Positions 37,675 to 45,929 of a DNA stretch of 64,000 nucleotides are shown here, in pieces (position 1 is the stretch's first letter; the number at the start of each line of letters is the position of its first letter). Location: NCBI GenBank assembly GCA_003221615.1, contig QHSQ01000103.1, positions 14,153 through 78,152 of the forward strand, read 5' to 3'. The notes under the pieces are model-generated. The model did not search any database, was not told the origin of the DNA, and saw only the letters and a list, made by a program, of their open reading frames with translations. The stretch is from Candidatus Rokuibacteriota bacterium (lineage in GTDB: Bacteria > Methylomirabilota > Methylomirabilia > Rokubacteriales > CSP1-6). The translations under genes were made by a program, and so were the position numbers.

Positions 37675-38697
37675 ATGAAGACCAGGACCGTGTGGCTCGT
37701 CGCCCTGCTGCTGCTCGCGCTGCCGCCGTGGCTCTCGAGCGCCGAGGCCCAAACGAAGGTCCGGTTCGCGCTCGACTGGCAGATCCAGGGCCCGCAGGCT
37801 CCGTTCATCACCGCCAAGGCGCTCGGCGCGTTCGCCACCCACGGTCTCGACGTCACGATCGATCGTGGCACCGGCTCGCAGAAGACGATCGAGCAGGTGG
37901 CGACGGGGACCTACGACCTCGGCTACGGCGACATCAATTCGATGATCGAGTACAACGTCAAAAATCCACAGACGCCGCTCATCGCCGTCGGCATGGTGCT
38001 GAACTCGCCACCCTTCGCGTTGCTCTCGCTCAAGCGGTACGGGATCCGCGAGCCGAAGGACCTCAAGGGCGCCAGCATCGGCGCGCCGGCCGGCGACGCG
38101 CCGCGGCGGCTCTGGCCGATCTTCGCCAAGAACGTCGGGCTGCCCGCCGACAGCGTGACCTGGACCAACATGGCGCCGCCGCTCCGGGAGCCGGCGCTGG
38201 TGAAGGGCGACGTCAAGGCCATCTCCGGCTTCTACTTCACCGGGTTTCTCAACCTGACCGAAAACCTGAAAGTGCCCGAGGCCGACGTGGTCGCGTTCAA
38301 GTACAGCGAGCACGGCATCGACCTCTACGGCAACGCCGTGGTGGCGCGGGTCGACTGGCTCAAGGGCAACGAGGAGACCGTGCGCCGCTTCCTCGCCGCG
38401 CTCAACACCGGCTTCAAGGCGGCCCTCAAGGATCCCAAGGCCGCGATCGCGCACATCCGCGCGGCCGAGCCGCTGACGAACGAGAGCACCGAGCTCAAGC
38501 GCCTGCAGCTCGCGATCAGCGCGAACATGATCAACGACGAGGTGCGGAAGAACGGTCTCCTGGCCATCGACCCGGCCCGGATGAGCCGCGCGATCGAGCA
38601 GGTCGTCGCAGCGTTCGAGCTCGGGGCGAAGCCCACCGTCGCGCAGGTGTTCACGGGCGCCTACCTGCCCCCCGCGTCGGAACGGAAGCTGGACTAG
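37675..38697 (+). CDS. NitT/TauT-family (NMT1-like) ABC substrate-binding protein
   Basis: The ATG at 37675 follows AAGGGGGG. Signal MKTRTVWLVALLLLALPPWLSSAEA, followed by an NMT1-type fold. Confidence 0.75.
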   Translation: MKTRTVWLVALLLLALPPWLSSAEAQTKVRFALDWQIQGPQAPFITAKALGAFATHGLDVTIDRGTGSQKTIEQVATGTYDLGYGDINSMIEYNVKNPQTPLIAVGMVLNSPPFALLSLKRYGIREPKDLKGASIGAPAGDAPRRLWPIFAKNVGLPADSVTWTNMAPPLREPALVKGDVKAISGFYFTGFLNLTENLKVPEADVVAFKYSEHGIDLYGNAVVARVDWLKGNEETVRRFLAALNTGFKAALKDPKAAIAHIRAAEPLTNESTELKRLQLAISANMINDEVRKNGLLAIDPARMSRAIEQVVAAFELGAKPTVAQVFTGAYLPPASERKLD

Positions 38698-38766
38698 CAC
38701 GCAACCGGAGCAGGAGGCCAGCTTCGTGAGCCCGGGCGCCCAAAGGGTGGAAGCTGCCTTCAACCC

Positions 38767-39624
38767 GTGCGGAAGCGGTGGGGGGGCTTGGGGGAGGAGC
38801 GGCGCAACGCTCCCCCCCATGTACTTCTGAACCCCCAGGCGGTCGCGATTCGCGGCGTCTCCTACGACTACGTGACCGGCGGCCGCGTCACTCGCGCGCT
38901 CGCCGATGTGACGCTCGACGTGCCGCGCGGGTCGACGGTCGCGTTCGTGGGGCCGAGCGGCTGCGGCAAGTCGACCTTGCTCAAGCTGATCGCGGGCCTG
39001 CTGAAATCGACGGACGGCGTCATCGCAGTCGACGGCCGCTCGGTCGTGGGGCCGCTGAAGAACGTCGGCATGGCGTTTCAGAACCCCGTGCTCCTGCCCT
39101 GGCGCAGCGTCCTCGACAATCTCTTGCTGCCGCTCGAGATCCTCCGCGAGAACGGGGACCCGCGCGCGCCCGACCGCGTGCTCTGGCGCGACAAGGCGAT
39201 CGCGCTGCTGGGCACCGTCGGGCTCGCGGGCGCCGAGCATCGTCAGCCGCGCGAGCTGTCCGGCGGCATGCGCCAGCGGGTGAGTCTCTGCCGGGCGCTC
39301 ATCCACGAGCCGGCGCTCTTGCTGCTCGACGAGCCGTTCGCGGCGCTGGATGCCTTCACGCGCGAAGAGATGTGGGAGCTCCACCAAAAGCTCCGGCTCG
39401 AGCGCGAGTTCACCGGGGTGCTGGTGACCCACGACCTGCGGGAGGCGATGTTCCTCGCCCAGACCATCTTCGTGATGTCGGCGAACCCCGGGCGCATCGC
39501 CCACGTCCATCAGGTGAGGCTCGGCGTCCCGAGAACCCTGGAGCAGCTCTACAGCCCCGAGGCGACGGCGCTCATGCAGACGATGCGGGAGCAGATCCGG
39601 CCGAGCCGACAGGCCGTGGCGTGA
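38767..39624 (+). CDS. NitT/TauT-family ABC ATP-binding protein
   Basis: Walker A GPSGCGKST, signature LSGGMRQR, Walker B LLLLDEPF. The exact start is uncertain (GTG 38767, TTG 38788 or later). Confidence 0.85.
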   Translation: MRKRWGGLGEERRNAPPHVLLNPQAVAIRGVSYDYVTGGRVTRALADVTLDVPRGSTVAFVGPSGCGKSTLLKLIAGLLKSTDGVIAVDGRSVVGPLKNVGMAFQNPVLLPWRSVLDNLLLPLEILRENGDPRAPDRVLWRDKAIALLGTVGLAGAEHRQPRELSGGMRQRVSLCRALIHEPALLLLDEPFAALDAFTREEMWELHQKLRLEREFTGVLVTHDLREAMFLAQTIFVMSANPGRIAHVHQVRLGVPRTLEQLYSPEATALMQTMREQIRPSRQAVA

Positions 39625-40376
39625 CGGCTCGCCTGCGACGGCTCGTCCTGCCGCTCGGGGTCTTCGCGGGGCTGGTCCTCGTCTGGGAGCTCGCGGTGCC
39701 CGCATTCCGGATCCAGCAGATCGTGCTGCCGGCGCCGAGCGGGATCGTGCGAACGATGGTGCAGATGGCCGGGCCGATCGCCTTTCACGCCCGGCACACG
39801 CTCGTGACGACGTTGATCGGCTTCGGCGCGGCGGTCGGCCTCGGCCTGCTGCTCGGCTTCCTCATCGGGGCTTCGGTCACCGCGCGCGACGCGCTCTATC
39901 CCTTGCTGGTCGGCTTCAACAGCGTTCCGAAGGCGGCGGTGGTGCCGATGCTCGTGATGTGGTTCGGCATCGGCGCGGTGCCGGCAGTGCTCACGGCGTT
40001 CCTGCTCGCGTTCTTCCCGGTCGCGGTCAACGTCGCCCTCGGGCTCGCGACGCTCGAGGCCGAGCTGCGCGACGTGCTGCGGGTCCTCGGCGCCTCTCGC
40101 TGGCAGATCTTTCGTAAGGTCGGCGTGCCGCGAACCATGCCGCTGTTCTTCGCGTCGCTGAAGGTCGCGGTCTCCTCGGCGTTCGTGGGCTCGGTCATCT
40201 CCGAGACCGTCGCGTCGAACGCCGGGATCGGCTATCTGATGGCGGTGGCGGCGTCCGACTTCAATACGCGACTCGCCTTCGGCGGTCTGTTCGTCCTGGC
40301 CGCGATGGGCGTGGCCCTCTACGGGGTCTTCGCGGCCATCGAGCGCCGGGTGACTGGCTGGGCCTATGCCGAGTAG
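39621..40376 (+). CDS. NitT/TauT-family ABC permease
   Basis: GTGA overlap with the ATPase gene. 251 aa, 6 TM, with an EAA-like loop (LRVLGASRWQIFRKVGVPRTMP). Confidence 0.85.
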   Translation: MTARLRRLVLPLGVFAGLVLVWELAVPAFRIQQIVLPAPSGIVRTMVQMAGPIAFHARHTLVTTLIGFGAAVGLGLLLGFLIGASVTARDALYPLLVGFNSVPKAAVVPMLVMWFGIGAVPAVLTAFLLAFFPVAVNVALGLATLEAELRDVLRVLGASRWQIFRKVGVPRTMPLFFASLKVAVSSAFVGSVISETVASNAGIGYLMAVAASDFNTRLAFGGLFVLAAMGVALYGVFAAIERRVTGWAYAE

Positions 40377-40429
40377 GGTAGTGTGCGCTGCAGGCCGTCG
40401 CGGGGCTGGGGCCCCGCCGGCCGAGGCGC
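40377..40429 (-). repeat. GC-rich palindromic (REP-like) repeat, copy A (inverted relative to B and C)
   Basis: The reverse complement of 40385-40429 is identical over 45/45 nt to 55304-55348 (GCGCCTCGGCCGGCGGGGCCCCAGCCCCGCGACGGCCTGCAGCGC), and the flank CACTACC is also shared. Confidence 0.85.
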
Positions 40430-41675
40430 ACTCGTAAATTGTAGTGCTCCGGGGAGACCGACCATCGACCTCCTGATCCTCGACTGGCTGAACGTCGGCC
40501 TTCGCTGGGTGCACCTGATCGCCGGGATCGGGTGGATCGGCACCTCGCTCTATTTCATGTGGCTCGACGCCGCGTTGATCCGCGCCGACCCGCCGCGAGG
40601 CGACGTCGAGGGCCACACGTGGCTCCTCCACAGCGGCGGCTTCTATCTGGTCGAGCGACGCAAGCTTCCGCCGGGCCAGCTTCCGTCGCCGATCCACTGG
40701 TTCAAGTGGGAAGCCGCGATGACGTGGCTGACGGGCTTTCCGCTCCTCGTGCTCGTCTACTACCTGACCCGCGGCGTCTACCTCGTCGATCCCGCGGTGT
40801 CGGCGATCACGCCGGGCCAGGCGGTCGCCGTCGGGATCGGCGTCCTGATCGTCGGTTGGGCGGTCTACGATCTCCTGTGGAGCTCGCCGCTCGCTCGCGG
40901 CTCCGGGCGCGCGGCCGTCATCGTGTCCTGGGTGCTCCTGCTGGCGGTCGTCTACGCGCTGACGCACGTGCTGAGCGGACGAGCCGCCTACATCCACACC
41001 GGCGCGATGCTCGGAACGATCATGGTGGCGAACGTGTGGATGCGGATCGTGCCGGCGCAGCGCGAGCTCATCGCGGCGGCGACGGCCGGGCGGATTCCCG
41101 ACGCGACGCTCTCTCGACGGGCCAAGCAGCGCTCCACGCACAACAGCTACGTCACGTTCCCCGTGATCTTCATGATGCTGAGCAATCACTACCCGGCCAC
41201 CTACGGGCATCCGCTGAACTGGCTGATCCTCTGGCTACTCATCGCGGTCGGCGTGGGAGTCCGTCACGTGATGATCGCCCGCGAGCGCGGGCGTCCGGCG
41301 GACTGGTGGCTCGTCCCCGTATCCGCGGCGCTCGCCGGCGTCGTCTATCTGACGTCACCGGCCTGGCTCGGCGGCGCCCGACACGGCGGTGCGCGCGTCG
41401 GCTTCGTCGCGGCGAAAGAGGTGATCGACCGCCGCTGCGTCTCCTGCCATTCCGACAAGCCGAGCGACGACGTCTTTCGGATCGCGCCGAACGGCGTCAC
41501 CTTCGAGACGGCCGAAAGCATCCGCGCCCGCGCCGAGACGATCCGCGCGCGCGTGGTCGTGCTGCGCAACATGCCGCTCGCCAACAAGACCGGCATGACG
41601 GAAGCCGAGCGCGATCTGATCGCGCGCTGGCTCGATCAGGGCGCGCCGATCGACGGCGGGGCCGGAAGCCGCTGA
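40383..41675 (+). CDS. puuD: urate hydroxylase PuuD (membrane cytochrome c-type urate oxidase)
   Basis: LDWLNVGLRWVHLIAGIGWIGTSLYFMWLD plus a C-terminal heme c site (CVSCHS). The only canonical start (GTG 40383) reads through a repeat element. GGGGAGA lies 6 nt upstream of an in-frame ATC at 40464. Confidence 0.75.
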   Translation: MRCRPSRGWGPAGRGALVNCSAPGRPTIDLLILDWLNVGLRWVHLIAGIGWIGTSLYFMWLDAALIRADPPRGDVEGHTWLLHSGGFYLVERRKLPPGQLPSPIHWFKWEAAMTWLTGFPLLVLVYYLTRGVYLVDPAVSAITPGQAVAVGIGVLIVGWAVYDLLWSSPLARGSGRAAVIVSWVLLLAVVYALTHVLSGRAAYIHTGAMLGTIMVANVWMRIVPAQRELIAAATAGRIPDATLSRRAKQRSTHNSYVTFPVIFMMLSNHYPATYGHPLNWLILWLLIAVGVGVRHVMIARERGRPADWWLVPVSAALAGVVYLTSPAWLGGARHGGARVGFVAAKEVIDRRCVSCHSDKPSDDVFRIAPNGVTFETAESIRARAETIRARVVVLRNMPLANKTGMTEAERDLIARWLDQGAPIDGGAGSR

Positions 41676-41678
41676 GGC

Positions 41679-42203
41679 ATGCCGGCCGGAGTCCTGACGG
41701 TGAACCTCCTGAACCGAGCGAGCCGCGACGAGTTCGAAGGCGCGCTCGGCGGCATCTTCGAGCGCTCGCCGTGGGTCGCCGCTCGTGCGATCGAGGCGCG
41801 CCCGTTCGCCGGCGTCGCGGCGCTCCACGCGGCGATGGTCGCCGTGGTGCGCGGGGCTTCGCGCGAGGAGCAGCTGGCGCTGCTACGCGCTCATCCCGAT
41901 CTGGCCGGCCGAGCCGCCCGCGCGGGAGCGCTGACGAACGAGTCGTCGGCCGAGCAGTCGAGCGTGGGCCTGGATCGGCTCGACGACGAGGAATACGAGC
42001 GCTTCGGCCGGCTCAACGCTTCGTATCGCGAGAAGTTCGGCTTTCCGTTCATCATCGCCGTCCGCCGGCACGACAAGACGTCGATCCTCGCCGCGTTCGA
42101 GACACGCCTCGGTAACACCGCGGCCGAGGAATTGGAGACCGCGCTCGCGCAGGTGTTCGAGATCGCAGGGATTCGGCTGATCGGCTTGATCCCGGAGCGA
42201 TGA
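41679..42203 (+). CDS. uraD: 2-oxo-4-hydroxy-4-carboxy-5-ureidoimidazoline (OHCU) decarboxylase
   Basis: 174 aa. FERSPWVA, LRAHPDLAG and YREKFGFPFII are typical OHCU decarboxylase blocks. Confidence 0.85.
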   Translation: MPAGVLTVNLLNRASRDEFEGALGGIFERSPWVAARAIEARPFAGVAALHAAMVAVVRGASREEQLALLRAHPDLAGRAARAGALTNESSAEQSSVGLDRLDDEEYERFGRLNASYREKFGFPFIIAVRRHDKTSILAAFETRLGNTAAEELETALAQVFEIAGIRLIGLIPER

Positions 42204-42571
42204 GCCCGGAGCGCTCGGCCGGGCTCACGACCCACGTCCTCGACACCTCGCGCGGCCGTCCGGCGGCCGGGCTACGGATCGATTTCTCGCGCGTCGACGC
42301 CGACGGACAGCCGCGCTTGATCAGGACCGTGACGACCAACGCCGACGGCCGAGTCGACGCGCCGCTCCTCGGCCCGGGCGAGATGGAAGCCGGGCGGTAC
42401 GAGCTCCTGTTCCACGTCGGCGCCTACTTCCGCTCGACCGGCTCGGCGCTCAGCGATCCGCCGTTCCTCGACCAGGTGCCCGTGCGATTCGCGATCGCGG
42501 AGCCTACCGCTCACTACCACGTGCCGCTGCTCGTCTCGCCCTACGGCTACGTGACGTATCGCGGTAGCTGA
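42200..42571 (+). CDS. uraH: 5-hydroxyisourate hydrolase (transthyretin-like)
   Basis: ATGA overlap with uraD. THVLDTSRGRPAAG and the diagnostic C-terminal YRGS are present. Confidence 0.9.
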   Translation: MSPERSAGLTTHVLDTSRGRPAAGLRIDFSRVDADGQPRLIRTVTTNADGRVDAPLLGPGEMEAGRYELLFHVGAYFRSTGSALSDPPFLDQVPVRFAIAEPTAHYHVPLLVSPYGYVTYRGS

Positions 42572-42575
42572 CGAC

Positions 42576-43214
42576 TCAGCCCTCGAGAACCTCGACCGGA
42601 TCGCCGACGGCGACGCGCCCCGGCTCGATCACCCGGCAGTCGAGCGCCAGACGGCCGCCGCGCTCACGAACGATGCGCCGCAAGATCGAGACGTCCTGGA
42701 CCTGAGTATCGGGATCGTACGTCGTCATCACGCATCGCTGGCGCAGCGACGCGACACCGATCAGCGCGCCGCCAATGCGCAAGCGCTTGCCCGGCCACGA
42801 CCGCTCGGCGTCGGCGGTGGCGCCGCTGACCAGGATGTTGGGGCGGAATCGCCGCCGGTCCAGGCCGAGCGCCGCGATGGCGCCGTCGGTAGCGACCAGC
42901 AGCGGGAGCACGTCGAATCGCTCGGGCCCGTCGAAGCGGACCAGCCGGACGTCTGGCCCGACGGCCCCACGAAGCCGCTCCGCGAGCACCTCCGAGCCCC
43001 AGGGCTGGCCGTCGACGAGCGGCTCGCCGTCCGGACCGAGGCTCGCGCGAAACCCCAGCAGGGCCGGATGACTGCGCGCCGTGAGGACGTCGCCGGCGTC
43101 CCGCACGTGGACCACGCGATCGCCCGGGACTCCGTCGGCCGTCAACATCGCGACGTCGAGCTGCTCGCCGCCCATCGATTTCACCGGATAGCGCCAGATC
43201 TCGCCCACGACCAT
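42576..43214 (-). CDS. MOSC domain-containing protein
   Basis: 212 aa. IWRYPVKSMGGEQL and the downstream beta-barrel region are typical of MOSC proteins. Confidence 0.8.
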   Translation of the reverse strand: MVVGEIWRYPVKSMGGEQLDVAMLTADGVPGDRVVHVRDAGDVLTARSHPALLGFRASLGPDGEPLVDGQPWGSEVLAERLRGAVGPDVRLVRFDGPERFDVLPLLVATDGAIAALGLDRRRFRPNILVSGATADAERSWPGKRLRIGGALIGVASLRQRCVMTTYDPDTQVQDVSILRRIVRERGGRLALDCRVIEPGRVAVGDPVEVLEG

Positions 43215-43431
43215 CGATGTCTCGTCCCTTCCATCAGTCGACCGCGTGACGTTCGGTCCAAGGTTTAGACCGTGGTTGGAGGCCCAGGGATTCGGGCGCG
43301 GCGGCTTTCGGTGAACGGGAGCGCCGGAGGGCTCGGGCCACGGTCTTGCGGCGCGGTGTTCGCCCGGAGTAGGCTGACGGGACTCGCGGCCCGGCCGCGC
43401 GTCGACCCTGAAACGTCAAGAGCTCAGAGGC

Positions 43432-43475
43432 GCGCCTCGCCGGCGGGGCCCCAGCCCCGCGACGGCCTGCGGCGC
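43432..43475 (+). repeat. GC-rich palindromic (REP-like) repeat, copy C
   Basis: Same unit as copy B with one 1-nt deletion and one A-to-G change. It lies 56 nt upstream of the ATG at 43531. Confidence 0.8.
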
Positions 43476-43530
43476 GCACAACACGCCGAGCCCGCGCCGA
43501 GGCGGGCGGCGAGACAGGCGGAGCACGACG

Positions 43531-45315
43531 ATGAAGCCGACCATCCTGCCCGAGACACCGCAGCCATCACCCGCGCACGAGGAGCTCTGGTCGAGCGACG
43601 CGATCGCGCGCATGCTCCAGGCCCTCGAGGTGCCCTGGGTCTCCCTCGTACCCGGCGCGAGCTTTCGCGGGCTTCACGACAGCCTCGTGAACCACATCGG
43701 CAACCAGCGTCCGCAGATGATCCTCTGCCTGCACGAGGGCGCCGCGGTCTCGGTCGCGCACGGCTACGCCAAGGCCAGCGGGCGGATGATGGGGACGATT
43801 CTGCATTCGAACGTCGGACTGCTGAACGGCAGCATGGGGATCTTCAACGCCTGGTGCGATCGTGTCCCGATGCTGATTCTGGGCGCGACCGGGCCGTGGG
43901 ACGCGGCAAAGCGCCGTCCGTGGATCGACTGGATCCACACCGCGTCCGATCAGGGCGCCCTGGTCCGCGGCTACACCAAATGGGACAACCAGCCGGCCTC
44001 GGTGCCCGCGGCGTACGACGCGCTCCTGCGTGCCGCGCAAATGTCGACGACGGCGCCGTGCGGTCCCACGTACGTCAACCTCGACGCCGCGCTTCAGGAG
44101 TCGAAGCTCGGCGCCCTGCCGCCGCTGCCCGATCCGTCGCGCTTCGGCGCTCCACAGTCACCGCGTCCCGCGCCCGAGCTGATCGCGCGCGCGGCGTCGG
44201 TCCTGTCCGGCGCCACAGCGCCCGTCATGCTGGTCGGCCGCGGCAAGCGCACCCTCGAGAGCTGGCGCGCGCGGGTGGCGCTCGCCGAGAAGCTCGGCGT
44301 CAAGGTGATGACCGACCTCAAGACCGGCGCGAGCTTCCCGACCAAGCATCCGTTGCACGTTGGGCCCCCCGGCACCTATCTCTCGGAGGCGGCGGCTGCC
44401 GCCGTGCGCGAAGCCGATGTGATCCTGGCGCTCGACTGGATCGACCTGGCGGGGACGCTCAAGCAGGTCTACGGCGATCGGCCGATCGGCGCCCAGATCA
44501 TCGCCGCCTCGTGCGACGTCCACGTCCATCGCGGCTTCAGCATGGACTACTTCGGTCTGCCGCCGGTCGACGTGAACCTGCTGGCCGAGCCCGACGTGGT
44601 CGTGCCTCTGCTCCTCGAGGCGTGCAAGGCGCGCACCGTCGTCGCGGCACCGGCGAGCGCACCGGCGCCGAGTCGCCGAGCGTACGACGTCCTGAGCCTG
44701 CGCGCCGTCGCGGCGGCGCTCAACGAGGCGACCGAGGGTGTCGAGGTGTGCCTGACCAGGCTGCCGCTCGGCTGGCCGGGAGAGGCGCGGCATTTCTCGC
44801 ATCCGCTCGACTACCTCGGGGGTGACGGCGGCGCCGGGGTCGGGGCGGGTCCGGGGATCACGGTGGGAGCGGGTCTCGCGCTGAAGGGCTCGGGGCGGAT
44901 CCCGATCGGGCTGATCGGCGACGGTGACTACCTGATGGGGCTCACCGCGCTGTGGACCGCGGCGCACTACCAGATCCCCTGTCTCTTCATCGTCTGCAAC
45001 AACCGCTCGTTCTACAACGACGAGGCGCATCAGGAGCGCGTCGCGCGCATGCGCGGCCGCCCGGTCGAGAACAAGTGGATCGGTCAGCGGATCAACGAGC
45101 CTGACATCGATCTCGCGGCGCTCGCCGCGGCGCAGGGAGCCAAGGGCATCGGTCCCGTCACCGATCCCGACCAGCTTCGGAGCGCGATCGCTGAAGGCGT
45201 GAAGGCCGTGCTGAACGGTGCGGTGTGCGTGATCGACGCGCGCGTGCGACCCGGGTACGACGCCGACATCAGCGGCGAGCGAGCGACGCGCCAGGAACCG
45301 GTGGGCAGAACGTAA
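43531..45315 (+). CDS. thiamine diphosphate-dependent enzyme (acetolactate synthase/benzoylformate decarboxylase-like)
   Basis: 594 aa. N-terminal PYR domain (VSLVPGASFRGLHDSL...EGAAVSVAHGYAKASG) and C-terminal ThDP motif (GDGDYLM...NN). Confidence 0.8.
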   Translation: MKPTILPETPQPSPAHEELWSSDAIARMLQALEVPWVSLVPGASFRGLHDSLVNHIGNQRPQMILCLHEGAAVSVAHGYAKASGRMMGTILHSNVGLLNGSMGIFNAWCDRVPMLILGATGPWDAAKRRPWIDWIHTASDQGALVRGYTKWDNQPASVPAAYDALLRAAQMSTTAPCGPTYVNLDAALQESKLGALPPLPDPSRFGAPQSPRPAPELIARAASVLSGATAPVMLVGRGKRTLESWRARVALAEKLGVKVMTDLKTGASFPTKHPLHVGPPGTYLSEAAAAAVREADVILALDWIDLAGTLKQVYGDRPIGAQIIAASCDVHVHRGFSMDYFGLPPVDVNLLAEPDVVVPLLLEACKARTVVAAPASAPAPSRRAYDVLSLRAVAAALNEATEGVEVCLTRLPLGWPGEARHFSHPLDYLGGDGGAGVGAGPGITVGAGLALKGSGRIPIGLIGDGDYLMGLTALWTAAHYQIPCLFIVCNNRSFYNDEAHQERVARMRGRPVENKWIGQRINEPDIDLAALAAAQGAKGIGPVTDPDQLRSAIAEGVKAVLNGAVCVIDARVRPGYDADISGERATRQEPVGRT

Positions 45316-45320
45316 GGTTG

Positions 45321-45356
45321 CGCGGGAGCCGCCGGCGCTCGCCGGCAGCTCCCGCG
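45321..45356. terminator. GC-rich hairpin between convergent genes (no U-tract)
   Basis: CGCGGGAGC-c-GCCGGC-gctc-GCCGGC-a-GCTCCCGCG lies between the stops at 45315 (plus strand) and 45363 (minus strand). Confidence 0.5.
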
Positions 45357-45362
45357 GCGACG

Positions 45363-45668
45363 TCAGGGCGCTTGAATCTCGTGGGAGACCGCGAACATCG
45401 AGACGACGGTCTTCTGGCCGCCGACGTCGGTGTAGCGGGCCTCGACGACCTCGCCCGGCCGAACGTCGGCCATCGCGACTTGCGCCGTCGGGGCGATCGT
45501 GACCCGGTCGCGATCCTCGATCACCACCTGGGCACCCTCTCGATCGACGTCGGTCACGCGCCCGCGGACCCCCACCTCGTCACCGTTCCTGACCCACATC
45601 GGCGCGGCGACCGCGGTCGTGGTGAGCAGCACTGTCAGCGGCACGAGTCTGAAAAGCCACTTCGTCAT
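45363..45668 (-). CDS. small secreted protein (DUF1344-like beta-rich domain)
   Basis: GGAAGGAG RBS 7 nt before the ATG. Signal peptide MTKWLFRLVPLTVLLTTTAVA. 101 aa. Confidence 0.5.
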   Translation of the reverse strand: MTKWLFRLVPLTVLLTTTAVAAPMWVRNGDEVGVRGRVTDVDREGAQVVIEDRDRVTIAPTAQVAMADVRPGEVVEARYTDVGGQKTVVSMFAVSHEIQAP

Positions 45669-45929
45669 GCGAAGTCTCCTTCCGTCGTTTTTTGTGCGGC
45701 ATCACGCCGCCCCCACACGCGGCGGCCCGATCATTCTTTGGCAAGCGGTGTGCCAGACAGAAGTGGTGCGATTGCCGATGCTTGGGCACCATGCCTGCCG
45801 GACTACCCCGGCCGACGTGTCACTGTTACACGCGAGCGCGAGGTTTTTACCTTCTCCTTCGTTTGCGCAGCGCTTGTGGCAAGTTAAGGCCAACGCGGGG
45901 CACGAGAGCCCGGCCGGGAGGGAGCGATC

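Noticed and set aside
43380-43530. Possible THI-box (TPP) riboswitch upstream of the ThDP-dependent enzyme, because of ACCCTGAAAC and CTCAGAGG
   Set aside because: The conserved THI-box core (CUGAGA paired with the ACCUGAUCUGGAUAAUGCCAGCG-type helix) is absent. The downstream gene uses ThDP and is not a thiamine biosynthesis or transport gene. The segment is better explained by REP copy C.
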